Positions 26,702-39,866 of a DNA stretch of 64,000 nt are shown in pieces (within the stretch, counting starts at the first letter, position 1; every line of letters starts with the position of its first letter). The notes under the pieces were generated by a model. That model was not told the origin of the DNA. It did not search any database and was given only the letters and a program-made list of their open reading frames with translations. The stretch covers positions 11,594,001-11,658,000 of the forward strand of contig OX597842.1 of the NCBI GenBank assembly GCA_951406725.2, read 5' to 3'. The translations under genes and the position numbers were made by a program. The DNA comes from Octopus vulgaris (taxonomy: Eukaryota).

Positions 26702-27351
26702 GCGTGGAGGCGCAATGACCCAGTGGTTAGGGCAGCGGACTCGCGGTCATAGGATCGCGGTTTCGATTCCCAGACCGGGCGTTGTGAGTGTTTATTGAGC
26801 GAAAACACCTAAAGCTCCACGAGGCTCCGGCAGGGGATGGTGGTGATCCCTGCTGTACTCTTTCACCACAACTTTCTCTCACTCTTACTTCCTGTTTCTG
26901 TTGTACCTGTATTTCAAAGGGTCGGCCTTGTCACTCTCTGTGTCACGCTGAATATCCCCGAGAACTACGTTAAGGGTGCACGTGTCTGTGGAGTGCTCAG
27001 CTACTTACACGTTAATTCCACGAGCAGGCTGTTCCGTTGATTCGAATCAACTGGAACCCTCATCGTCGTAACCGACAGAGTGCTCCGGCAGGGGATGGTG
27101 GTGATCCCTGCTGTACTCTTTCACCACAACTTTCTCTCACTCTTACTTCCTGTTTCTTATGTACCTGTATTTCAAGGGGCCGGCCTTGTCACTCTCTGCG
27201 TCACGCTGAATATCCCCGAGAACTACGTTAAGGGTACACGTGTCTGTGGAGTGCTCAGCCACTTACACGTTAATTTCACGAGCAGGCTGTTCCGTTAATT
27301 CGGATCAACCGGAACCCTCGTCGTCGTAACCGACGGAGTGCTTCCATTCCA
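26702..27351 (+). mobile_element. SINE family B with duplicated body and an 11 bp TSD
   Basis: tRNA-like head GGCGCAATG.CCCAGTGGTTAGG...GTTTCGATTCCC; 26824-27081 repeated at 27082-27342; TTAATTCTATT at 26691 and 27352. Confidence 0.92.
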
Positions 27352-27835
27352 TTAATTCTATTAAACTTACAAAGCTTAATTCAATTCTGTTAAAAAGCAT
27401 GGCTAAGCAATACATTGTAAGCCACACTATAAATTGGCAAGAAAACTGTCTTTGCGCAGGGTGTACATCGTCCACCCGATGCTTTCATTATTCGTTTTAT
27501 CCTGAAACTTTAAATACCGGCAAATATAACGAAAACATAAACGTCTCCCTTCTAATAGTTGTGACCCCAAGAGAAATCACTCGAGTTTCATGGTTGAATG
27601 TATATCAGAGTAATAACTGTCTTATGGCACCCAAAGCTGTGTGAATTGTTTTGCCGACATATGTAGTATCTGGCATCGGTTCAATATTTCTGGCTTTATT
27701 TTTGCCAAAATTTGTTAATGTATGTAGCATAATAAAATTAATAGTAATTTTCAACAATTAATATATTTATTGAAATAATATAAAATTTGGACGAATTCCT
27801 TATTTACATATTTCTAGCAATTAACGACCGATATA

Positions 27836-27882
<47 letters not shown>

Positions 27883-28029
27883 GGAAAGTTTACGATATAT
27901 AATATATAAATGGTAAGACAACAAAAGAAAGAAAGAGACCTCGATATTATGTAAATAGAGGAATTTATCTGTAAATATAATACGTGACAATTATTCGGTA
28001 GCCAAGATAAAACTCCACCTGTACCTCTA

Positions 28030-28036
28030 TGTATAC

Positions 28037-28087
<51 letters not shown>

Positions 28088-28534
28088 TTCATTCATACAT
28101 ATATACATTTATACATACATTACATGTATGCATGCATATATACACACATACATTCATAGATACATACACACATACATACACACACATACATACACACACA
28201 CATACATACATACTAACATACATACATACATTGCTGCCCCCTCGTTACCGATTATGGCCATTGCACGAAGCTTAACTGTTACTGGTGCTGTGATCGAATG
28301 TGACTTTTTAGCCCATACATACATACATACATACATACATACATACATAAATAGATAGACAGAGAGAGAGACAGACAGACAGACAGATAGATACATACAT
28401 ACATACATACACACATACATACATACATGCATGTTTGTATGTATGTACATACATACATACATACATACATACATACATACATACATGCATACATACATAG
28501 ACAGACAGACAGACAGGCAGACAGACAGACAGGC

Positions 28535-28610
<76 letters not shown>

Positions 28611-28705
28611 GGATGGATAGATCGATTGATTGATTGATTGATAGATAGACAGATAGACAGAAAGAGACGCACAGAGAGAGAAAAAAAGAGAGAGAGAGAG
28701 AGAAT
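28030..28705. repeat. Compound TA/ATAC/AGAC/AGAT microsatellite
   Basis: Directly visible. Confidence 0.95.
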
Positions 28706-29119
28706 ATCGATTTAATGATACACTATTCTGCAAAAGGCAGTTATTATGTATGGAAGCCTAGCAACGTAACAAACTTAATCTGTATACACCGAGTCACCTA
28801 ATTTCGAATCTTTCGGAGATAAATGTCACTGGTAGAACACGGAAAATGGCACCTGTCTTGCGAAATAACAATGGTGGATTCTTGTGGAATTGTTTGCCTG
28901 GAGTCAGACGAAGAAGGTAACACGTTTTAGCGATGGCGGCGGAGGCGGAGTCGTCGTCATCACATGACATAAAATGACAATGGCGCCGGACGGGGTTGTT
29001 GTGTGTAAACGGTGGCGGGGGTGGTGGGAGTATTGTATATGGATAGAGTGGGAGGGGGAGAATGAGAGGTGGTTGTGTGGTCGGTGGAGCATGCGCTGTT
29101 GGTGTTTTTTTGTGTGTTG

Positions 29120-29545
29120 TTTTGGTGGTGTTGGTGGTGGTGGTAGTGATGGTGGTGGTTGTGGTAGTGGTGGTAGTGGTGATGGTGGTGGTGGTAGTGA
29201 TGGTGGTGGTGGTGGTAGTGGTAGTGATGGTGGTGGTGGTAGTGATGGTAGTGGTGATGGTGGTAGTGGTAGTAGTGATGGTGGTGGTGGTGGTAGTGAT
29301 GGTGGTGGTTGTGGTAGTGATGGTGGTGGTTGTGGTAGTGATGGTGGTGGTGATGGTAGCGACTGCGGTTCCGGAGATGAGGATGGAGTTGTGCTGGTGG
29401 AGGCGGTGATCGTGCTTGCGAAGATAACCATGGTGGTGGTGGTGGTGGCCGTGGTTGTAGCGGCGGTCGTCGTGGCCGTTGTCGTGGTCGTGGTTGTGTG
29501 GTAGTGAAGGTGATGGTGGTAGTGGTGGTGCTGGTGCTGGTGTAA
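29120..29545. repeat. (GGT/AGT/GAT)n degenerate triplet repeat
   Basis: Directly visible; source of the poly-Thr/Pro/Gly ORFs. Confidence 0.93.
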
Positions 29546-29732
29546 TAACATCGTTTAGCAACAAAAGTAAGCTCAAGTCATAGTTTTGACGTGACTTCCA
29601 TTGTGTCTGTCATGGTTGGGTTGCTGTTGTTGTTGATGGTGGTGGTGAAGGTGTTGGTGGTGATGGTGATGCTGTTGCTTTCTACAATGGTTGTCCGTTG
29701 ACCGATATTTCGTTCGTGTGGCATTTACTTTT

Positions 29733-29766
<34 letters not shown>

Positions 29767-29772
29767 CAGATA

Positions 29773-29804
<32 letters not shown>

Positions 29805-29806
29805 CG

Positions 29807-29931
<125 letters not shown>

Positions 29932-30028
29932 TCAATATAGGGTGCCAAAAAAAATTTTGTAGAATTCTTTTGCCACCAGCGGCCTAGTAGGAAAAAATTA
30001 AATAGTCATAGACCATTTTTAAGTTTAA

Positions 30029-30366
30029 CATCAACAATTAAGGAACGGCCATAATAGGCCATTCACCCACTAGAAATAACAGCCAAAGCCAACCGCAAAT
30101 AAAAGTTAATTCTGTAAACCAGGAGAAAATTTAAAAAATTTAAAAACCAGGAGAAATTTTTTAAAAATTTAAAAAATTTAAAAAATTTAAAAAATTTAAA
30201 AAATTTAAAAAATTTTAAAAATTTTTAAAAAATTTTAAAAAATTACAGGGTAAATGTTTTTTAAATTTTCTCTGGTTTACAGAATTAACTTTTATTTGCG
30301 GTTGAAGCTTTGGCTGTTATTTCTAGTGGGTGAATGGCCTATTATGGCCGTTCCTTAATTGTTGAT
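30029..30366. repeat. Inverted repeat with ~110 bp arms around a (TTTAAAAAA)n spacer
   Basis: 30029-30138 is the near-perfect reverse complement of 30257-30366. Confidence 0.9.
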
Positions 30367-30426
30367 ATATATATATATATATATATAGCTCCTACACGCA
30401 TTTTTTCTCTGTTTCTTTTCTGTGTA

Positions 30427-30464
30427 TCTTTCTGTCGAAGAGCGTAGGCTCGAAATGTAAAAGA
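30427..30464 (+). ncRNA. Minimal hammerhead-like motif (variant core) in a (TA)n-flanked island
   Basis: tcttt CTGTCGA a gagc gtag gctc GAA atgt A aaaga; A6 is replaced by T. Confidence 0.5.
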
Positions 30465-30561
30465 CTTGTTTTATTTCTATTCCTGAGCGCCATACTAATA
30501 CATTTGTTTGTTTGTACTCCACCTGCCTTCGTCTTTTGTTTATTTTCGTAAACCTTCCCGT

Positions 30562-30661
<100 letters not shown>

Positions 30662-30757
30662 TATATATGTATATATATGTATATATGTATATATATATAT
30701 GTATGTATGCATATATGTATGTATATGTATCACGTTAAAGTGAAGCTTATACATGTA

Positions 30758-30805
<48 letters not shown>

Positions 30806-30966
30806 TATATATATATACATATATATATATATACTGAGAGAGAGACAGACAGAAGAGAGAAGTAGATGGAGAGATGTAGTATATACATGTGTGTATGTGT
30901 GTGTGACCGCGTGTGTATCGTTGGTGATTTTCTTTCTCTGTCTTCCCTTCTTTGGACTTTTTCTAT

Positions 30967-31001
30967 ATTTCTGACGAAGACCTCGGCTCGAAACGTTAAA
31001 A
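30967..31001 (+). ncRNA. Minimal hammerhead-like motif in island 30900-31092
   Basis: ttt CTGACGA a gacc tcg gctc GAA acgt T aaa; one stem II mismatch. Confidence 0.55.
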
Positions 31002-31222
31002 TCCTCTTTTCTTGCCTTTCCTGTGCGTCCAATACCACTATACTTGTTCCACGTCCTCGCGTTGTTGTTTTTCTTTCTTGTTTGGATTGACTATATATAT
31101 GTATATATATATATGTATATATACATACATATATATATACATATATATATTTAAATTTAGATTTATGCATATGTGTGTGTGTATAATATATATATGTATA
31201 TATGTGTGTATATGTATATGTA

Positions 31223-31267
<45 letters not shown>

Positions 31268-31559
31268 GCATATATACATACATATATGTACATAACTACA
31301 TCCATATGTATATATGCATGCATATATGGGTACAGGACATAACAAACGTTGAACACAATGAGAAATGAAAACAAAAACAGAATATAAGACATACAACACA
31401 AGGAATATTCCCCTTCTTCAGTTGTCCCTGTTTCGTCTGCTCCGCGGTCCGAAGGCAAGGACAATACGCGACTTCGTTGAAACAATCCTTCCCGCAAAGC
31501 AAATCAAATCAAATTTGGGATTTTTTTTGCGGTGGAGTAAAATTGGTAACAAGAACAGG

Positions 31560-31916
31560 ACAGTGGTTAAGGCGGCGGACTCGTGGTGGTAGTATCTCTG
31601 TTTCAATTCCCAGACTGGGTGTTTATTGAGTGAAAACGCCTAAACCTCCACGAGGCTCCAGTAGTGGGGGGGTGACGAACCCTGCTGTAATCTTTCACCA
31701 CAACTTTCTCTCACTCTTCCTTCCTGTTTCCGTTGTACCTGTATTTCAAAGGGGCCAGCCTTGTCACACTCTGTGTCTCACTGAATCTCCCCGAGAACTA
31801 CGTTAAGGGTACACGTGTCTGTGGGGTGCTCAGCCACTTACACGTTAATTTCACGAGAAGGGTGTTCCATTGATCGGATCAACTGGAACCCTCGTCGTCG
31901 CAACCGACGGAGTATC
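31560..31916 (+). mobile_element. SINE family B, decayed
   Basis: Aligns by eye to 26720-27080. Confidence 0.85.
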
Positions 31917-31984
31917 ACGCTATATATATATACGCTTTTAGATATTTTTACATGTATCTCTGTATTATATTTGTATGTATGTAT

Positions 31985-32372
31985 TCTTTTATTGATTTCA
32001 GTCATTTGACTGCGGCCATAATGGAGCATCACCTTTAGTTGAACAAATCGAACCCAGGACTTATTCTTTGTAAGCCTAGTACTTATTCTTTCGGTTACTT
32101 TTGCCGAACCGCTAGGATAAGGGGACGTAAACACACTAGCATCGATTGTCAAGCGACCGCGTGATGGGGGGACAAACACAAACACATAAACACACACACA
32201 TATATACATACATACGACGGGCTTCTTTCAGTTTCCGTCTATCAAATACACTCACAAAGATTAGGTCAGCCCGAGGCTATAGTAGGAGACACTTGTCCAA
32301 GGTATTACGCAGTGGGACTGAACCCGGAACTCTGTGGCTGATAAGCAAACTGCTTACCACACAGCCACCCCT
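31985..32372 (-). mobile_element. SINE family A, decayed
   Basis: Reverse copy with both modules. Confidence 0.87.
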
Positions 32373-32555
32373 GACAAATATATATACATGTGTGTCTATA
32401 AACTCATACCTATATACATATATACAAACATAAACCTCCATATATATATATACAGTTAATCCAAACATGAAAACACAAAGAGAAAACACAACAACGCGAG
32501 GACGTTGAACAAGTATAGTGTTATTGGACGCTCAGGGAAGAAGGAAAGAAGGACG

Positions 32556-32590
32556 ATTTAACGTTTCGAGCGGAGCTCTTCGTCAGAAAC
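32556..32590 (-). ncRNA. Minimal hammerhead motif in island 32452-32660
   Basis: Minus strand gttt CTGACGA a gagc tcc gctc GAA acgt T aaat; same family as 30900-31092, inverted. Confidence 0.62.
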
Positions 32591-32797
32591 ATAGAAAAAG
32601 GAAAGGTCCAAGGAAGGGAAGACGGAGAAAGAAAATCGCCAACGATACACACGCTGTCACATATTGAACATATATATATATATATATGTATGTATATATA
32701 TATATATATATACATACATACAAATCTACACTTTTATACATGTATATGTAAGTACATATATACATATACGTATTAATGTATTCTATATGTAGCTCTC

Positions 32798-32857
<60 letters not shown>

Positions 32858-32884
32858 CACTCACACACACATACTAGCATTTCT

Positions 32885-32925
<41 letters not shown>

Positions 32926-32926
32926 T

Positions 32927-32980
<54 letters not shown>

Positions 32981-33309
32981 TATGTATGTATGTAACTCTA
33001 TTTAATTGTATATAGAGATATATAGTCTTATGTGCACAAAAACACGCGCTGATGTGTGTGAGCGTATGCATGTATGCGCGTGTCTGTCTTTATGTGTGTG
33101 TGTCTCTGTGTGTGTCTCTGTGTGTGTCTCTCTTTGTTTGTGTCTGAACCAACCTAAGAAATCCTATTGATAGTGTAAGGAGATCAGATCCAAAAAGCCG
33201 TACAAATCCCGAGGATTTTGTCCTTCAGTTCTGGAGATTAACGAAATCCACTGCAGAGTATTATTGTCATCGTGACATTGCTTGTTTACTTGAAATGCTC
33301 TGGCCAGCC

Positions 33310-33600
33310 GTGACCATCCCGTCTTTAGTCAGGCATAGTGTATCAAGGACTACATTGTGTCTAATGTATAGTATAGGAATTAGTAGCTATAGTTATTTAG
33401 CCCCGGGTCGGTCCTGATCCAGACAGGCCTATGACCAAAGATGTTCCAGCTGTGACCATTCCATCTTTTATTCAGGCATAGTGTATCTAGGACTACATTA
33501 TCTAATGTATAGTACAGGAGTTAGTAGCTATAGTTGTTGCTTAGCCCTAGGTCAGTCCTGATCCAGATAGACCTATGATCCAGTCCTGGTCCAGACAGAC
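33310..33600. repeat. Tandem duplication, period ~142 bp
   Basis: GTGACCAT..CAGGCATAGTGTATC at 33310 and 33452. Confidence 0.8.
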
Positions 33601-33609
33601 TGCTTGCGT

Positions 33610-33922
33610 TGCTCCGCCGCAGTAAACCTATTGGTCTCGGGGGTCTGCTTGACCTTAGCGACCGCTGATCGCCACTTGCCTCTCTGTCCTCAACGATCTC
33701 TTCGCATGGGATGTGGCTGGTGTTGAAGGCCTTTAAGGAAGCTTTTAAAGTATCTTCGAAGCCCTTTTTTTGTATTTTCTGGGATCGTTTGTATTGTTTG
33801 AGTTCGCCATGTGTGCCAGTGAAGTTCTGACTGCCTCGGGGGAGGGGCGTAGATACTGGGCAAATAGCAAGGGTGAGTGACGCGGTGTCTTCGATTTTGC
33901 CTTCTCATTACATGCCAAGAAA
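33610..33922 (-). pseudogene. RTE-clade (BovB-like) LINE C-terminal relic
   Basis: Fragments KIEDT..LPSIY, GELKQ..QKKGFEDTLKASLKAF and DR-GKWRSAV across frameshifts. Confidence 0.7.
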
Positions 33923-33924
33923 TT

Positions 33925-34592
33925 TTAAAAGTGTCTTTCAAGTGTCATTCAAGTGTCATTCAAGTGTCATTCAAGTGTCTTTAAAGTGTGTTTGAAGTGT
34001 CTTTAAAATGTCTTTCAAGTGTCATTTAAGTGTCTTTCAAGTGTCATTCAAGTGTCTTTAAAGTGGGTTTGAAGTATCTTTAAAATGCCTTACAAGTGTC
34101 TTTTAAGTGTCCTTCAAGTGTCATTCAAGTGTCATTCAAGTGTCTTTAAAGTGTGTTTGGAGTGTCTTTAAAATGTCTTACAAGTGTCTTTTAAGTGTCC
34201 TTCAAGTGTCATTCAAGTGTCGTTCAAGTGTCTTTAAAGTGTGTTTGAAGTGTCTTTAAAATGTCTTTCAAGTGTCTTTCAGGTGTCTTTCAAATGCCAT
34301 TCAAACGTCTTTCAAGTGTCTTTAAAGTGTCTTTCAAGTGTCTTTCTAGTGTCTTTAAAGTGTCTTTCAAGTGTCTTTCAAGTGTCTTTCTAGTGTCTTT
34401 AAAGTGTCATTAAAGTGTATTTCAAGTGTCTTTCTAGTGTCTTTAAAGTGTCATTAAAGTGTCTTTCAAGTTTCTTCAAAGTATCTTTCAAGTGTCTTTC
34501 TAGTGTCTTTAAAGTGTATTTCAAGTGTCTTTCTAGTGTCTTTAAAGTGTCATTAAAGTGTCTTTCAAGTGTCTTTCTGGTGTCTTTAAAGT
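33925..34592. repeat. 11 bp minisatellite AAGTGTCTTT(C/A)
   Basis: Directly visible, with recurring variant blocks. Confidence 0.95.
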
Positions 34593-34593
34593 G

Positions 34594-34994
34594 ATCCGAC
34601 GTTCGCTCAAAACCAATGACATCACAAAAAAAAATTCTTTTCGATCCTTTAGAATTGGAATTTTTGAAAATTTTGCATTATGTAGCTTGTTATTCTTTTT
34701 AAGTGAACATTTTTCTGGTTGAAATACACCGAAAAATGGCGACACAGCAGTCAAAAGATCGTAAAAAATAGGGATTTTCGTAGAAAAAAAAGCACCTCTT
34801 TGATGTAAATAGTTTTTGGAGTTAACATGGTCCGATTTAAATGTTTTCTTCTACGGAAGGAAGAGCAAGCCTTCTTCTATCATACTCTCAATTTTGGTCA
34901 ACTTGTGCTGCAGGGTCTCAGAGGAGATAATGTTAGTTGAAGGCTACTAAACCTGTCACACACACACAGACAACTTCAGCTTTATATTTATAGA
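34594..34994 (-). mobile_element. Non-autonomous Helitron, 5' part
   Basis: Reverse complement of 35306-35712; starts with TC at 34994. Confidence 0.8.
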
Positions 34995-35305
34995 TTTTTG
35001 TAAGTTAAGCTTTGAACAACAAAATAAGGATTATGAAAGAAGATTCTATGAAATTAGTTTTTAAACACCGAATAGTAAAGGGGGGGATCCACCAAAATAA
35101 AATAATAAATCATGGTTGAGAAACCCTGCTTTAGATGTTTCTGTTGATATGAATGGCAAGAACCAGCTAAGTTTCTTTCTCTAATAATTTACGTTGTTCA
35201 ACCTACGCAAGTTAATGTTTGGAAAACAAAATAAGGATTATGAAAGAAGTTTCTAGGAAACTAGTTTTTAAACATCGAATAGTTATGGAGATCCGCCAGA
35301 AAAAA

Positions 35306-35886
35306 TCTATATATATAAAGCTGAAGTTGTCTGTGTGTGTGTGACATGTTTGGTAGCCTTCAACTAACACTATCTCCTCCGAGACCCTACGGTGCAAGTT
35401 GACCAAAATTGAGAGTATGATAGAAGAAGGCTTGTTCTTCATTCCGTAGAAGAAAAAATTCAAATCGGACCATGTTAACACCAAAAATTATTTACATCAA
35501 AAAGGTGCTTTTTTTTCTATGAAAATCCCTATTTTTTACGATTTTTTTACTGCTATGTCGCCATTTTTCGGTGTATTTCAACCAGAAAAATGTTCACTTA
35601 AAGAGAATAAGAAGCTACATAATGCAAAACTTTTACTTTTCAAAAATTCCAATTCTAAAGGGTCGAAAATAATTTTTTTGTGATGTCATTCATTTTGAGC
35701 GAACGTCAGATCAACTGATCCAATGCAGAGGAGAGCACATTCAGAGCAAAATCGAGCATTGCCACACTATACTTTTATTCATAGATTGAAACTATGTCAA
35801 AACTTTGTTAACGCCACATCAAAGTCTGCCGTTTTAAGCGCAACTTAGAAACAAACCCGAGCAACGCCGGGTTAAATTGCTCCTAG
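35306..35886 (+). mobile_element. Non-autonomous Helitron
   Basis: 5' TC after A, 3' hairpin CCCGAGCAACGCCGGG, then CTAG followed by T; no TSD. Confidence 0.85.
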
Positions 35887-35985
35887 TAATTAAAGGGGTC
35901 CGTAGATAAAAAAAACAGATGGTTGAGAACCTTGAGGGAGGCGGCGTGGAGGTAGTTCAGTTTCATTCCATGACGTAGATAGACC

Positions 35986-36986
35986 TATTTCTTTATTACC
36001 CACAAGGGGCTAAACACAGAGGGGACAAACAAGGGCAGACATAGGTATTAAGGTATTAAGTCGACATAGGTATTAAGGTATTAAGTCGACTACATCGACC
36101 CCAGTGCGTAACTGGTACTTAATTTATCGACCCCGAAAGGATGTAAAGGAAAGTCGACCTCGGCGGAATTTGAACTCAGAGCGTAGCGGCAGACGAAATA
36201 CCTATTTCTTTACTACCCACAAGGGGCTAAACACAGAGGGGACAAACAAGGACAGACATAGGTATTAAGTCGATTACATCGACCCCAGTGCGTAACTGGT
36301 GCATAATTTATCGACCCTGAAAGGATGAAAGGTAAAGTCGACCTCGGCGGAATTTGAACTCACAACGTAACGGCAGACGAAATACCTATTTCTTTATTAC
36401 CCACAAGGGACTAAACACAGAGGGGACAAACACGGACATACATAGGTATTAAGTCGATTACATCGACCCCAGTGCGTAACTGGTACTTAATTTATCGACC
36501 CCGAAAGGATGAAAGGTAAAGTCGACCTCGGCGGAATTTGAACTCGGAACGTAGCGGCAGACGAAATACTTGTTTCTTTACTACCCACAAGGGTCTAAAC
36601 ACAGAGGGGATAAACAAGGACAGCCATAGGTATTAAGTCGATTACATCGACCCCAGTGCGTAACTGGTACTTAATATATCGACCCCGAAGGGTGAAAGGT
36701 AAAGTCGACCTCGGCGGAATTTGAACTCAGAACGTAGCGGCAGACGAAATACTTGTTTCTTTACTACCCACAAGGGGCTAAACACAGAGGGGACAAACAA
36801 GGGCAGACATAGGTATTAAGTCGATTACATCGACCCCAGTGCGTAACTGGTACTTAATTTATCGACCCCGAAAGGATGAAAGGCAAAGTCGACCTCGGCG
36901 GAATTTGAACTCAGAACGTAACGGCAGACGAAATACCGCTAAGCATTTCGCCCGGCGCGCTAACGTTTCTGCCAGCTCGCCGCCAA
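35986..36986 (-). mobile_element. SINE family C pentamer inside one 16 bp TSD
   Basis: Single head ending at 36984, four headless ~184 bp bodies; ATGACGTAGATAGACC at 35970-35985 and 36987-37002. Confidence 0.93.
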
Positions 36987-37337
36987 ATGACGTAGATAGA
37001 CCGTCCATGTTTTCGCAGTCATGGAGTAAGAGATGCAGAAACGATTGCACGACCCACTTTCATTAAAACAAACCAGGTTTATATACAAACACAATTCTAC
37101 TAGCTTCGAGACATTATTACACATATTTCACACATATTTCACACACAATGTCGTACTATCTCGAGGTACCAGAGATTTTCAAATAAGATTGTTACAAAGA
37201 TGACTTTAATACGAGTAAATGATTTCGTTTTTGTTAAATGTCATGCGAACGAAACAAATATAAAATGGCTGCCGGAATGACGTTAAAGTCGTACGCCTAC
37301 TGAAGTCTTTAATCTCAATGGCCGACATAATGTTACA

Positions 37338-38535
37338 TTGTATTATTTCATATATACACACATATACACCACCTCATATATACATACATGTGTGTATTAT
37401 TTTATACATGCATGTATGTATTATTATATATATACACACATATACACCACCTCATATATACATACATGTGTGTATTATTTTATACATGCATGTATGTATT
37501 ATTATATATATACACACATATACACCACCTCATATATACATACATGTGTGTATTATTTTATACATGCATGTATGTATTATTATATATATACACACATATA
37601 CACCACCTCATATATACATACATGTGTGTATTATTATATACATGCATGTGTATTATTATATATATACAAACATATACACCACCTTATATATACATACATG
37701 TGTGTATTATTTTATACATGCAAGTGTGTATTATTTTATACACACACACATATACACCACCTCATATGTACATACATGTGTGTATTATTATATACATGCA
37801 TGTGTATTATTATATATATACACACATATACAACACCTCATATATACATACATGTGTGTATTATTTTATATATGCACACATATACACCACCTTATATATA
37901 CATACATGTGTGTATTATTTTATACATGCAAGTGTGTATTATTATATATATATACACACATATACACCACCTCCTGTGTGTATTATTTCATATATACCAC
38001 CTCATATATACATGTGTGTATTGTTTCATATATACATACATATACACCACTTCATATATACATACATGTGTGTATTATTTTATACATGCATGTGTATTAT
38101 TATATACATACAAACATATACACCACCTCATATGTACATATATGTGTGTATTATTTTATACATACATGTCTGTATTATTTTATACACACACACATATACA
38201 CCACCTCATATGTACATACATGTGTGTATTATTATATACATACATGTCTGTATTATTTTATATATGCACACATATACACCACCTCATATATATATACATA
38301 TGTGTATTATTTTATACATATATGTGTGTATTATTTCATACATATATGAGTGTATTATTCTATATATACATACATATACACCACCTCATATATATATACA
38401 AGGTTGTGTATTATTTTATATATACACACATATACACCACCTCATATATACATATATGTGTGTACTATTTTATACAAATATGTGTGTATCGTTTTATATA
38501 TACACACATATACACCACCTCATATATGCATACAT
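37338..38535. repeat. AT-rich minisatellite, period ~78 bp decaying rightwards
   Basis: CATATACACCACCTCAT recurs at 37361, 37440, 37517, 37596 and onward. Confidence 0.92.
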
Positions 38536-39155
38536 GTGTGTGTCTGTGTGTGGATATATGTATGCATGTATGGATGGATAGATGGATGGATGGATGGATG
38601 GATGGTTGGAGGCATGCATACATTTGTGTATCTGTATGTGTGTATGTATGTATGTATGTATGTATGTATGTATATACTTGTTTGTGTGTGTATGTATTAA
38701 TGAATATGTATGTACGAATTAATATATGCATATATACATGAGTGTGTCTGTGTGTGGATATATGTATGTATGGATAGATGGATGGAAGGATGGATGGATG
38801 GTTGGAGGCATGCATACATTTGTGTATGTATGTGTATGTATGTATGTATGTATATACTTGTTTGTGTGTGTATGTATTAATGAATATGTATGTACGAATT
38901 AATATATGCATATATACATGAGTGTGTCTGTGTGTGTAAACGTTATTCTAGCTGTCTAAATATATTTATATTGTTATAAATTGTGCGTGTACATGTGTGT
39001 GTGTGTGTGTGTAGTTATCCAACTGCATATATGCACACAAGCTGAGCCACTATACACACACATGTACACACACACACGCACATACATATATAAAGAAGGA
39101 GAAAAACAAAGTTGACCTTTATTTTACAAACACACAAATATATATATCATGTATA

Positions 39156-39204
<49 letters not shown>

Positions 39205-39239
39205 GAAAGAATGGAGTCGAGCGAAGATGTTAACAAGAT

Positions 39240-39335
39240 TCCTTTACTCTCGACACATGTTTCGAAGACAGCATATTTTCATTCCGAAGGAATAAAGGGT
39301 GCATTATGCAATCTTCTCATCAGGAAAGAAAAGGA
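39240..39335 (-). ncRNA. Canonical type I hammerhead ribozyme with extended stem II
   Basis: Minus strand tccttttctttc CTGATGA gaaga...tcttc GAA acatgtgt C gagagtaaagga: 12 bp stem I with one mismatch, G10.1-C11.1 pair, GUC triplet, cUUCGg-capped stem II. Confidence 0.88.
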
Positions 39336-39444
39336 GCCTTTCTACCGAAAGAAAAGAAGCCTTTCTGAGATGAATTTGCTACCCAGGTTTCGGTTAAACA
39401 AATTTTCCATGCTGACGATAAACATAGGATAATTGATTCATCTA

Positions 39445-39517
<73 letters not shown>

Positions 39518-39763
39518 GCAGATATATACATATGCGTATATGCATATATTATTCAATTCTATATATGCATGTGTGTAGTGTATATACATACATACCATAC
39601 ATCCAGTTTGGCATTATTAAACACTTCATTAGACACCAGTTGTGCTGGAACGAAACAATAACAAACTTAACTGTTTTTTGTTCCACCATTGCTGTCTACT
39701 GACGAACCGTGTATTCGTGGATATTCGTGAGTAACGCTCTTTCTCTCTCTCTCTCTCTCCATG

Positions 39764-39866
<103 letters not shown>

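Noticed and set aside
26704-26780. tRNA gene
   Set aside because: A and B boxes are present, but it is the head of a SINE with body, tail and TSD; no clean cloverleaf.
31410-31490. Hammerhead-like motif on the minus strand (GTC...GAC GAAAC)
   Set aside because: No CUGANGA at the required position and no stem I/III closure.
39695-39740. Hammerhead-like CTGACGA motif
   Set aside because: GAAA is replaced by GATA and stems I and II pair poorly; at most a decayed relic.
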